Source: an uncultured virus (IMG/VR IMGVR_UViG_3300027896_000027)
Lineage: Duplodnaviria; Heunggongvirae; Uroviricota; Caudoviricetes
Virus record (IMG/VR): IMGVR_UViG_3300027896_000027
Length of the DNA stretch: 64,000 nucleotides
Strand: one strand, 5' to 3'
Shown here: one piece after another, positions 1 through 8,051 of the stretch
Numbering within the stretch: the stretch's first letter is position 1
How the letters are laid out: every line of letters begins with the position of its first letter
Program-made: the position numbers and the translations under genes
The notes under the pieces: model-generated
The model's input: the letters and a program-made list of their open reading frames with translations, nothing else
Database searches by the model: none
What the model was told of the DNA's origin: nothing

Positions 1-2
1 CC

Positions 3-851
3 CCCCGCTCTCATAAACATGCCCGGAGAAATTGGCTCAATGTTTCCTGTCCTTTTCACCGAGGGAACCCGGGTTATCATCTTGGTTATAATCTTGAGAA
101 GGGGTACTTCTTTTGTTGGTCCTGCGGTTGGCACCCGGAGGGCCAGACTCTTGAACTTCTTTCTTCCAGTAGAAAAGGGCAGCGTTCTCTCCTATCTGCA
201 TATTCCCTGAAGTCCCCTATCTCCCAGGAAGTCGACAGAGAAGTCCAGGTTGGGTATGTTGATGAAGTCAAATGGCCAGAGGGTTATGGCCAGATGGTGG
301 CTGCTCACAGGAACTACCTTTTTAAAAGAGGATTTGACCCTGAGCAACTTGAGAGAGATTGGAAATTGGGAGGCACCCGTTACTGGGGACCTTATGCCTT
401 TCGGATCATAGCACCCATTCACTTCCGGGGTCAGATTGTGTCATGGCAGAGTCGAGACATCACAGACCACCAGCGGGCCAAGTACTTGCCTTGTCCAAAG
501 GAGAGGGAAGTCCTCCCTCATAAACATGTGCTCTATGGATTTGACAAAGCTCGATGGAGGACATGCGTTGTTGTAGAAGGGATAACCGGAGTCTGGAGAT
601 TAGGCCCCGGGTCTGTGGCAACTTTTGGGGTTGAGTATACCCCTTCCCAACTTCTTCTTCTTTCCAACTCCTTTGACCGGGTTCTGATCTTCAATGATGG
701 AGATGAGGCAGGGCAGAGAATGGCGGAACGTATGGCTCTGGACCTACAGGCCATGAATAAAGATACAGAAATCCTGGAGCCGATTGGATGTGATAGTGGC
801 AATGTGCCCGATGAGTTGGCGGAGAAAATTATGAGTGAGGTGAGAGTATGA
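3..851 (+). CDS. dnaG: DNA primase, DnaG-like (zinc finger + TOPRIM); 5' end lies outside the window
   Basis: Frame is open from position 3, upstream of the ORF-track Met at 294. It encodes CPFH...CWSC (zinc finger), then VVVEG and FNDGDEAG TOPRIM motifs. Confidence 0.88.
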   Translation, partial: PRSHKHARRNWLNVSCPFHRGNPGYHLGYNLEKGYFFCWSCGWHPEGQTLELLSSSRKGQRSLLSAYSLKSPISQEVDREVQVGYVDEVKWPEGYGQMVAAHRNYLFKRGFDPEQLERDWKLGGTRYWGPYAFRIIAPIHFRGQIVSWQSRDITDHQRAKYLPCPKEREVLPHKHVLYGFDKARWRTCVVVEGITGVWRLGPGSVATFGVEYTPSQLLLLSNSFDRVLIFNDGDEAGQRMAERMALDLQAMNKDTEILEPIGCDSGNVPDELAEKIMSEVRV

Positions 852-1015
852 AAACAAAAACAAAGAAAATTCAGTGCACAAAGATTAAAAGATTATGTGG
901 GAGACCGTATTGCAAAGCAGAAAAAATTCCTTACAGTTGCACTCGAAGGAAAGGACATAAAGGATCTCATATTGCCTGTGGAACCGAAAGCCATAATTTT
1001 CTGATCTGGGGATGA
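848..1015 (+). CDS. small Cys/His-rich hypothetical protein (55 aa)
   Basis: ATG overlaps the primase stop (ATGA); contains CTRRKGHKGSHIAC; below the ORF-track cutoff. Confidence 0.55.
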   Translation: MKTKTKKIQCTKIKRLCGRPYCKAEKIPYSCTRRKGHKGSHIACGTESHNFLIWG

Positions 1016-1113
1016 GAGGGAGGCGAGGATGAATTTCATGGATTTTTTACAATTTTCCTTAGACAATAATTACGATATCGATTGGTTCGGTATATTAGGC
1101 TATACGAGCCGAG

Positions 1114-1142
1114 TTGACAATATCGTTTGGCTATAATATAAA
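1114..1142 (+). promoter_or_regulatory. sigma70-type promoter
   Basis: TTGACA-17 nt-TATAAA upstream of the 1158 ORF (RBS GAGG). Confidence 0.6.
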
Positions 1143-1157
1143 AAGAGGTGAGAGGAC

Positions 1158-1343
1158 ATGCCTTGCAATAAAACCAAATGTCTAAAGCAGGTAAACCCAG
1201 ACGTTCCAGACATCTTCTTTGGGGTACCGTTTGAGTATGATGAGAACTGGATGGGATGCTACCTTTGCCGTCTGGAAGACCCAAAGGAAGAAATTCTAAA
1301 AAGCTCGACTGGAAAATTTACAAGGAGGATTGTTAATGGATGA
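1158..1343 (+). CDS. hypothetical protein
   Basis: RBS and promoter upstream; CxxC motif. Confidence 0.55.
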   Translation: MPCNKTKCLKQVNPDVPDIFFGVPFEYDENWMGCYLCRLEDPKEEILKSSTGKFTRRIVNG

Positions 1344-1521
1344 TTATTTTCTTGTTCGGTTTGCAAGAGAGATCGGAAAGACAACCTCACAGCTGACTCT
1401 CGGGGATATGTTGAAGTTCAATAAGCGGAAGTTCTTGGAACCCTCAAAAGGAGAAGTCCAGATTGAGAAAAGTTCTCCTGCCCCGGGTCCAGGTTGTAAG
1501 TTCACTCGAACAAAATTGTAA
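1330..1521 (+). CDS. hypothetical protein
   Basis: AGGAGG RBS; overlaps the previous ORF. Confidence 0.55.
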   Translation: MLMDDYFLVRFAREIGKTTSQLTLGDMLKFNKRKFLEPSKGEVQIEKSSPAPGPGCKFTRTKL

Positions 1522-1563
1522 CCTAAAGAAATAATGGAGCTTAAAAGGAGCTTCAGATTTCTC

Positions 1564-1592
1564 TTGATTCTTAATAAGTCATATTTTATAAT
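1564..1592 (+). promoter_or_regulatory. sigma70-type promoter of the replication operon
   Basis: TTGATT (1564-1569), 17 nt spacer, TATAAT (1587-1592). Confidence 0.7.
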
Positions 1593-1611
1593 GGTCTCTG
1601 CATTTCGAAAG

Positions 1612-1700
1612 TCCCGATCTTGGCCGGTTCGGGAACCCTCAGACTTGGGGGAGGTGCCTATTCCACTTCCCCTGAGTCACTCTTTAACCTGAATAGGAGG
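1612..1700 (+). promoter_or_regulatory. structured 5' leader of the initiator gene (hairpins and possible loop-SD pseudoknot)
   Basis: 15-bp stem 1642-1656/1664-1678. Its loop CCTATTC is complementary to GAATAGG (1691-1697), which overlaps the SD AGGAGG. Confidence 0.6.
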
Positions 1701-1704
1701 TTAA

Positions 1705-3033
1705 GTGCCACCGAGAGATTTTACCTCAAAAAAAGAAGAACAAAATAAACAAGCCAAACTATCTATCAATTCAAACCTGGCAAACCAGAAGAGAAACTTT
1801 AAAGGAGTTTGGATTGACGATTATATTTATTTTTGCTCTGACTTATCTTGGCCGGAAAAACTCCTCTGGATTGAAATTAACTATCTTGATGAAGAAGGCA
1901 AATATGGTTGTCGGGCCGGGAACGATTATTTTGCCGATTTTCTTCAGGTTAGCCCCGTATCTATTACCCGTTACATCTCTCATTTAAAAGAGTTTGGTTT
2001 GATTCAAGAACTTCCCTTTAATGGAAGGAGTAGAGTCCTTAAAACAAATAAAGGTCCTTTTATGGAATTAGAGAGCAGCCTTGTCAAATTGACGAGCCAG
2101 CCTTGTCAAATTGACGAGGGTATAAATAATAAGGATAAGAATATAAGGTATAGAAGTATAGAATTTAAAAATTCTATATCTGGTCCTTCGAGACCAGATG
2201 AAAAACCTCAATCTAAAAAATCCTCCTCAAAAGACTACATTCTTCCCAAGACGGGAGAGTATGCTGTCGTCTTGTCCTGGAACAAGTTACCTAAGCCAGC
2301 TGGTCAACATGTAAAATTTAATACTAAGACTATGCGTATGGTCCGCAGATATCTTATCATGATGCGAAATGGTTTGTTCGGAAAGAGTGATAGACTTCAC
2401 CAGTGGGATAAGCAATGGTTGAAAACAAATAAAATTCCTATGAAAGAGTTTGGGGATAAGAAATGGTCATTTTGTGAGGTCTGTCAGACTATCGAAGGAC
2501 CATTGGCAAGTATGTACTCGAATGGCTATTTCCCTGAGAATAAGAAAACCCTTCCAACTGATTTGGCTACTGCTCTCTTCAACCCTCATCTTGGAGGAAG
2601 CTTTTTTATCCAGGCTTTTTACAACCCTCCGAAATTGGCGAAGGACAAAATGGTTATTATTAAAGATCTCTATCCGACCATTACAGAGATGCTGAAGAAG
2701 GAGGGGCTTCTCCAGCAGGGACAGATGAGGAAGGGAGATTGGGAACAGTACTTTAAAGGGGTTGAAGGACTGGGGAGGTATTTGGAGAAGGTTGATTGGT
2801 CGAACTATGGTGCCCGGCAGTTGTTTCCCGAGAAGGGACTTTATTCGTTGGTCGTTGGATATGTCAGGTGGGTTAAGGGAAAAATGCCCGATCTAACTTC
2901 TCCTTCTTCTATTCCTAAAAGGCTTGACATTGGGGTGATTAGACCAGGGTTTTGGATGTGGCAGAAGTTTATGGAAGCTGTAAACCGTTATTGGGGGCGG
3001 GTGTTTCTTTGCGTTCCAGCGGAGGAGAAATGA
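1705..3033 (+). CDS. phage replication initiator (N-terminal winged-HTH, lambda O/DnaD-like organisation)
   Basis: FKGVWI...EKLL...NDYFADFLQVS..SITRYISHLKEFGLI HTH; internal iterons; lies upstream of the helicase; GTG start with AGGAGG. Confidence 0.75.
   Translation: MPPRDFTSKKEEQNKQAKLSINSNLANQKRNFKGVWIDDYIYFCSDLSWPEKLLWIEINYLDEEGKYGCRAGNDYFADFLQVSPVSITRYISHLKEFGLIQELPFNGRSRVLKTNKGPFMELESSLVKLTSQPCQIDEGINNKDKNIRYRSIEFKNSISGPSRPDEKPQSKKSSSKDYILPKTGEYAVVLSWNKLPKPAGQHVKFNTKTMRMVRRYLIMMRNGLFGKSDRLHQWDKQWLKTNKIPMKEFGDKKWSFCEVCQTIEGPLASMYSNGYFPENKKTLPTDLATALFNPHLGGSFFIQAFYNPPKLAKDKMVIIKDLYPTITEMLKKEGLLQQGQMRKGDWEQYFKGVEGLGRYLEKVDWSNYGARQLFPEKGLYSLVVGYVRWVKGKMPDLTSPSSIPKRLDIGVIRPGFWMWQKFMEAVNRYWGRVFLCVPAEEK
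2076..2180. repeat. putative replication origin: two 21-bp iterons followed by an AT-rich tract
   Basis: CAGCCTTGTCAAATTGACGAG at 2076-2096 and 2098-2118, each containing the palindrome GTCAA-A-TTGAC; AT-rich 2121-2180. Confidence 0.65.
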
Positions 3034-3230
3034 AGAAACCAAGAGTTCTATCCTTTGAGCAGTGGCTGGAAGTGTATTACCTGAATTGGGAAGAGAATGA
3101 TAGTGGTATAACTAAAGACGATTTAAAAACAGAATACAAAGCATTAAAAAATAGGCAATTGAAGCTGTATAAGAATTGGATGAGGGGAATAAGTGGAACC
3201 AAGCGTTCGGAGTCGCAAGCCTCCAATTGA
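3030..3230 (+). CDS. hypothetical protein
   Basis: ATG at 3030 with GGAGG RBS, overlapping the initiator stop. Confidence 0.55.
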   Translation: MKKPRVLSFEQWLEVYYLNWEENDSGITKDDLKTEYKALKNRQLKLYKNWMRGISGTKRSESQASN

Positions 3231-4776
3231 TTCTCGGATTGAACGGCAGATTATTGTGGGGATGATTGTTTCAGACCGATTCCTCCAAGAGATTTGCCCG
3301 ATATGCTCTTTGGATGCTTTTCAAGTGGGCTTTGCTCGACGAGTTGCTGGTTGGTGTTTAGATTATTATGAGAGATATAGAAAAGCCCCAGGGAAGCATA
3401 TCGAAGATCTTTATCTCCAGCATAAGGATGAGGTTTTGGAGGATGAGGCAACTCTGTTGCAGAGTTTTCTTGGGGGGATTAGTGACGAGTATGAGAGGGC
3501 TGAAGAGTTTAATGTCCAATATATCTTAGATAAGACAGAGCAGTATTTCAGACTTAATGCTCTTCGGGGCTTAGAAAAGAGACTTCAGAAGGCCGTTATT
3601 AGCGCAGACCCGGAAGGAGGGGAGGAAGCAGTTAAGGCTTTTCGTCGGCCTGGGAGGTTAAAAAGTCAAGGGGTTGATCCTTTGAGAGATATTGATTTTA
3701 TTGTTAATGCTTTGACCCCGGAAGAGGATAATGTAGATATCATTATGAGGTTGCCTGGAGATTTGGGGGAGGCAGCGGGGCCTTTAGAAAGAGGTTTTCT
3801 TGTGGCCGTACAGGCTGAGTCGGGGGTGGGTAAGACCTGGTGGCTTTGGCTTTTTTCTCAGTTAACTGTTTTTGCTGGTTATGATACGGCGTTTTTTAGC
3901 ATGGAAATGAGTAGTCGGAAGATGGCTCCTCGGATTTGGCAGTCGGTTACTGGCTCTCCCAGTACTGTTATTCCAGATCATCAGTTGAGTGGTGATGGCC
4001 AGTTGCTTGTTCCTGTTTTTGATTGTGAGAAGAATCAGATTGGTCAATGTAGGGATGGATGTGGAATAGCCCTGAGAAGTTTGGATGATAAAGGGTTAGG
4101 TCCTCGTCCTACTTATCGGCAAGCTCCCAAAGGGTATCAACCTTGCTCAAAGTGTCGGGGTAGTGGGAATTTTGAAGCTACGGCATGGTGGAAGGAGTCA
4201 GGCAAAAGAGATCGGCTCGATCCAGGAACGGCTCTAAGAAAACATGCTATGCTTGAGCGGTCGGGGAAGTTGAAGAGGGCGGGAAGATTTCATTTAGTTG
4301 AGTTTCCCAGCCGCAAGTATACAATGGAAGATCTTGTTACTTACCTTAATAATCTGGAGTACTATGAAGGATTTGTTCCTTCAGTTATTATTACTGACTA
4401 TGCCGATAAACTTAAGTGGCCCGTTCCAAATGATCCTCGTATCAGTATTTCCCAAATTTGGGAGGCACATCATTCTTTGGCTCAAGAGAGGCATTGTTTG
4501 GTAGTAACGGCTTCCCAGTCTAACACCATGCGTTCCGGAAAGCAAGTGGGCAGGGGTTCCTGGGGTGAGACTCAAGAGAAAGAGCATACCATAGAGGTGG
4601 GCATTGCTTTTAATCAGTCAGCTTCGGATCAGGCTGCTGGTATCATGCGTGCCTCTCTTGTCAAGAAGAGGCATGGGCAAACAGAAAGAATGGTCGAGTT
4701 GGTAATTCTCCAACAGCTTAGTATTGGTAGGCCATATATTGATTCCGTTCGGCTGGTGAAAAGGGAAGAAGGGTGA
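3193..4776 (+). CDS. dnaB: replicative DNA helicase, DnaB-like, with a Cys-rich insertion
   Basis: Walker A AESGVGKT, FFSMEMS, IITDYAD, VVTASQ, KKRHG. Confidence 0.88.
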   Translation: MEPSVRSRKPPIDSRIERQIIVGMIVSDRFLQEICPICSLDAFQVGFARRVAGWCLDYYERYRKAPGKHIEDLYLQHKDEVLEDEATLLQSFLGGISDEYERAEEFNVQYILDKTEQYFRLNALRGLEKRLQKAVISADPEGGEEAVKAFRRPGRLKSQGVDPLRDIDFIVNALTPEEDNVDIIMRLPGDLGEAAGPLERGFLVAVQAESGVGKTWWLWLFSQLTVFAGYDTAFFSMEMSSRKMAPRIWQSVTGSPSTVIPDHQLSGDGQLLVPVFDCEKNQIGQCRDGCGIALRSLDDKGLGPRPTYRQAPKGYQPCSKCRGSGNFEATAWWKESGKRDRLDPGTALRKHAMLERSGKLKRAGRFHLVEFPSRKYTMEDLVTYLNNLEYYEGFVPSVIITDYADKLKWPVPNDPRISISQIWEAHHSLAQERHCLVVTASQSNTMRSGKQVGRGSWGETQEKEHTIEVGIAFNQSASDQAAGIMRASLVKKRHGQTERMVELVILQQLSIGRPYIDSVRLVKREEG

Positions 4777-4955
4777 AGATCTATTTTGCAGGAGGGGCAG
4801 GAGTACAAGAGCGAGAGCTTCTTTGGCTTAAGAAGATTAAGCAAAGGTTGTTGTCTTTTTATGATGTTTCCTGTGAAGGGTCGATTAACTATCGAACGAG
4901 GGCCTTTGAGTTGATAAAAGAAATAAATAAAGGAGGGGAGGGAGGAGAATGCTAA
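4773..4955 (+). CDS. 'IYFAG' module paralog 1 (putative DpdA N-terminal segment)
   Basis: MKIYFAGG...QRLLSFYD; GTG start overlapping the dnaB stop. Confidence 0.7.
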   Translation: MKIYFAGGAGVQERELLWLKKIKQRLLSFYDVSCEGSINYRTRAFELIKEINKGGEGGEC

Positions 4956-5308
4956 CAATAACGAAGAGGTTTGAGTTTTGTTATGGACATCGACTTCCTT
5001 ACTATGATGGTAAATGTTCCAATCAGCATGGGCATAACGCTATTTTAGAGATTGAGGTTGATGGGCCTGTGATTAGTGAAGGGTCGAAGATAGGAATGAT
5101 TGTTGATTTTGGTGATTTGAAAAAAATAGTTGAGGAAGGGACAATTAAAGAGTTGGATCATCAGTACCTGAATGACTTCTTTGATAATCCTACAGCCGAA
5201 AATATTGTTATGTGGATTCGTGATCTTTTGAAGGATAGTCTGCCTGGACTTTGCCGAATCCGATTTTATGAAACACCAGGTTCTTGGTGTGAGTGGAAGA
5301 AGAAATGA
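4949..5308 (+). CDS. queD: 6-carboxy-5,6,7,8-tetrahydropterin synthase
   Basis: GHRL...CSNQHGHN, MIVDFGDLK, LDHQYLN, PTAENI, ETP. Confidence 0.95.
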   Translation: MLTITKRFEFCYGHRLPYYDGKCSNQHGHNAILEIEVDGPVISEGSKIGMIVDFGDLKKIVEEGTIKELDHQYLNDFFDNPTAENIVMWIRDLLKDSLPGLCRIRFYETPGSWCEWKKK

Positions 5309-5481
5309 GGATCTATTTTGCAGGAGTACCAGGGGGAGACCAGAAGCAAAGAGAAGAGGATTTGTATATCCTTTTTGGGGAGAGGTGGAGCAGGTTGATT
5401 AGTTTTTTCTACCAAGAGCAGGCTGAGGTTACCATTCAGGAGATTATAAAAGTTAATGAGAATCTATTTTGCAGGCAATAG
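5305..5481 (+). CDS. 'IYFAG' module paralog 2
   Basis: MRIYFAGVPGG...SRLISFFY; ATG at 5305 overlaps the queD stop. Confidence 0.7.
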   Translation: MRIYFAGVPGGDQKQREEDLYILFGERWSRLISFFYQEQAEVTIQEIIKVNENLFCRQ

Positions 5482-5638
5482 TATTACTCCTTCGGAAGAG
5501 CGAGGGTTTTACAAACTAATTAGATTAAGGATGTTGTCGTATTTCTGGGTTGTTGAAAGGTCATTTTTAATTAAAGTGTTGAGGAGGAGGAAACGTGGAA
5601 GTCACAGAAATCTTTCAAAGCATCGACGGAGAAGTTAA
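5456..5638 (+). CDS. 'IYFAG' module paralog 3
   Basis: MRIYFAGNS...LRMLSYFW. Confidence 0.7.
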   Translation: MRIYFAGNSITPSEERGFYKLIRLRMLSYFWVVERSFLIKVLRRRKRGSHRNLSKHRRRS

Positions 5639-6254
5639 CCTCTGGGGCCAGGGAAGATTGTCAACATTTATTCGTCTTTCTGGCTGTAATTTGTCTTGCA
5701 AGTGGTGTGATACCCCTCAGTCCAAGGTCCCTGGGAAAGGAATGGAAGTTGAAGAGATATTTAGAAAGGTTAGGTCTTTAGGATGTCCAAAGATAACAAT
5801 CACAGGAGGGGAGCCCTTGGTTCAATATGAAGAGGTTCTACGACTAATTGATCTCCTGCTGGTTCGGGGTTTTGGTAATTCTTTTGATGTCTCTGTGGAA
5901 ACTAATGGAACGATTTTCCCTCCTCTAACCTACCTTCAAGATAAACATCTCTCTTGGGTTTTTGATTATAAGTTAGAATATCCTGAGAAGATGCAGCTTC
6001 AAGGGATGCAGAATATTCTCTCCCCTATTCATTGGATTAAGGTTGTAGTTGATGGGGAGGAAAGTTATAAGCAAGCAGTTTGTGTTAAGGATCAGTTTCG
6101 TGAAGCGGGGTGTCGGGCTTCTTTTGCCTTTTCTCCAGTGTTCCATGATTCTATGGCGATTGATCCGGATGAACTGGTCTCTTGGCTGATTAGAGATGGG
6201 CAGTGGGACGTTTGGCTTAATGTCCAAATCCATAAACTGATTTCTGTTCGGTAA
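5595..6254 (+). CDS. queE: 7-carboxy-7-deazaguanine synthase (radical SAM)
   Basis: EIFQSIDGE, FIRLSGCNLSCKWCDT, ITGGEP, VETNGT, QIHK. Confidence 0.93.
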   Translation: MEVTEIFQSIDGEVNLWGQGRLSTFIRLSGCNLSCKWCDTPQSKVPGKGMEVEEIFRKVRSLGCPKITITGGEPLVQYEEVLRLIDLLLVRGFGNSFDVSVETNGTIFPPLTYLQDKHLSWVFDYKLEYPEKMQLQGMQNILSPIHWIKVVVDGEESYKQAVCVKDQFREAGCRASFAFSPVFHDSMAIDPDELVSWLIRDGQWDVWLNVQIHKLISVR

Positions 6255-6272
6255 AAAAAGAGAAAGAAAGGG

Positions 6273-6300
6273 TTTTAAAAAAGCAAATTTCGTATATAAT
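6273..6300 (+). promoter_or_regulatory. promoter-like motif shared with 17937-17964
   Basis: TTTTAAAAAAG-N9-TATATAAT in an intergenic AT-rich gap. Confidence 0.5.
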
Positions 6301-6346
6301 ATAGTTATAGAGTAGTCAAATTTATCAAAGAAAGGAGAAGGTTAAG

Positions 6347-6943
6347 ATGGGATCGAAGCAGTTGACAATGGAGTTGTTGGTTAAGGCGGCAGAGGATTTA
6401 AACAAAGTCCTTGGGCTAAACCCCAATATTGGGACTGAGTTTTCATCCTCTCTCAAAGGGGCAGCGCTCAAGACGGCCGAGGGGAAGTTTATGGAGCAGA
6501 TTGGCAAGGATTTGGTTGAGTCCGCTCAGCTGATCCAACCAACGGACGTCTTGGCCACTGGAACGGTTGATGCTCTGGAGTTGCTCGGGGTTCAGGGGAT
6601 CAGAGATAAGACCAAAACCTCTGGGGAGGAAGGTAAAGCTCCGGCAGAGACTAAAAAAGGAAAGGAGGAAACGGTGAAGACAAAGGAAAAGAAGACTACG
6701 GCGAAAGCGAAGAAGCCACCTAAGGCACCCGCCAAAAAGGCAGAGGTCAATGATTGGGGTCACCGGAAGGGTTCTCAGTCGGAGAAGATTGACGATGTCG
6801 TCAAGAAGCACCTGGCCAAAGACAAAGGGAAGAAGCTGGATGTTGGGGTTCTTGCCAAAGAGACCAAATTATCCAATGCCAGAGTCATCATGCATCTGAA
6901 GCACCTTAAAGAGAAAAAGCTGATTTCGGTCAATTCTTTTTAA
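6347..6943 (+). CDS. Lys/Ala-rich protein with probable C-terminal HTH (DNA-binding?)
   Basis: KKTTAKAKKPPKAPAKK linker; C-terminal LAKETKLSNARVIMHLKHLKEKKLI. Confidence 0.6.
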   Translation: MGSKQLTMELLVKAAEDLNKVLGLNPNIGTEFSSSLKGAALKTAEGKFMEQIGKDLVESAQLIQPTDVLATGTVDALELLGVQGIRDKTKTSGEEGKAPAETKKGKEETVKTKEKKTTAKAKKPPKAPAKKAEVNDWGHRKGSQSEKIDDVVKKHLAKDKGKKLDVGVLAKETKLSNARVIMHLKHLKEKKLISVNSF

Positions 6944-6952
6944 GGAGCTCAG

Positions 6953-7861
6953 GTGCAGAAAATTATTTATAGTCCTCAAATGTTTGAGGAGGATGTCAGG
7001 AGTTTAGTTGATGTCCTCTTCAAACATTATTCAGGGATTTATGGTGTGCCAAGGGGAGGAATCCCTTTGGCTGTTGCTTTGTCCGAGAAGCTTGGTTTGC
7101 CTCTTGTTTCCAGTCCTGATAGTAATACTCTTATTGTTGATGATGTTGTGGCAACAGGTAAAATCCGAGCTCGGTTTATGGAGAATGATTTTGCCTGCAT
7201 TCATGTTAAGACATTTACCCCTCCTGATTTATTTCCCACCTATTATCTTCATCAAGAAGGGGATTGGATTAGTTACTTTTGGGAAGCGGACGAACCCCCC
7301 GTGCATGATCATATTGTTAGACTAATCGAGTACATTGGAGAAGACCCTTGTAGAAAAGGAATGAAGGAAACCCCAGGGAGGATTGTTAAGTCCTGGGAAG
7401 AGATTTTTGCGGGTTATAAGCAAGATCCTCAAGATGTGTTTAAAGTCTTTGATGATGAGGAAAAGCAGTTTGGCGGTTTGGTTTATCTGAAAAATATTGA
7501 ATTCTATTCTACCTGTGAACATCATTGGCTGCCCTTCTCGGGGCAGGCTTTTATTGCATATATTCCCAGTGGTCCTGTGATTGGAGCCTCTAAACTGGCT
7601 CGCCTTCTGGATATCTATGCTCGGAGATTTCAGATGCAGGAACGGATAGGAGAGCAAGTTACAAATGCCTTGATGGAGCATTTGAAGCCCCTGGGGGCGG
7701 CTTGTCTGATTGAAGCTCGGCATTTATGCATGGCTTGTCGGGGGGTTAAGAAACAACACTCGATCATGGGCTATAGCTCGATGAAAGGGCTGTTTTTAGA
7801 TGCCTCAGAGGCTGGTATTGCTGCCCGAAATGAATTGATGGCTTTATGGGGGAAACCGTAA
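6953..7861 (+). CDS. folE: phosphoribosyltransferase - GTP cyclohydrolase I fusion
   Basis: N-terminal GVPRGG and LIVDDVVATG (PRT PRPP loop); C-terminal ETPGR, STCEHHWLPF, GASKLARL, QMQER, HLCMACRGV (FolE). Confidence 0.92.
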   Translation: MQKIIYSPQMFEEDVRSLVDVLFKHYSGIYGVPRGGIPLAVALSEKLGLPLVSSPDSNTLIVDDVVATGKIRARFMENDFACIHVKTFTPPDLFPTYYLHQEGDWISYFWEADEPPVHDHIVRLIEYIGEDPCRKGMKETPGRIVKSWEEIFAGYKQDPQDVFKVFDDEEKQFGGLVYLKNIEFYSTCEHHWLPFSGQAFIAYIPSGPVIGASKLARLLDIYARRFQMQERIGEQVTNALMEHLKPLGAACLIEARHLCMACRGVKKQHSIMGYSSMKGLFLDASEAGIAARNELMALWGKP

Positions 7862-7862
7862 G

Positions 7863-8051
7863 ATGGCTATTGCAAAGAAAGATATTTCCAAAGTGGTTGA
7901 TGTTATTCTGACTTATGCCAGTCTTAAGATGGCCGAAGATTTAGCCGGGGATTTGGTTAAGTTACAACTTTCAAATCAGTCGGCAAGAGAAACATTTAAA
8001 AGAATTAAACAAGAGTTATGGAGGAGGGGGTTGAAGAATGAAGCTAAGTGA
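7863..8051 (+). CDS. hypothetical protein
   Basis: Tightly packed in the operon. Confidence 0.55.
   Translation: MAIAKKDISKVVDVILTYASLKMAEDLAGDLVKLQLSNQSARETFKRIKQELWRRGLKNEAK

Noticed and set aside
1642..1700. Rep leader as a known preQ1 riboswitch class
   Set aside because: Stem length and loop do not fit the preQ1-I consensus as I know it (short stem, A-rich tail); kept only as an unclassified pseudoknot candidate.
3960..4290. Intein in DnaB (also considered for DnaE and TerL)
   Set aside because: No C/S...HN-C/S/T splice junctions or LAGLIDADG motifs seen.
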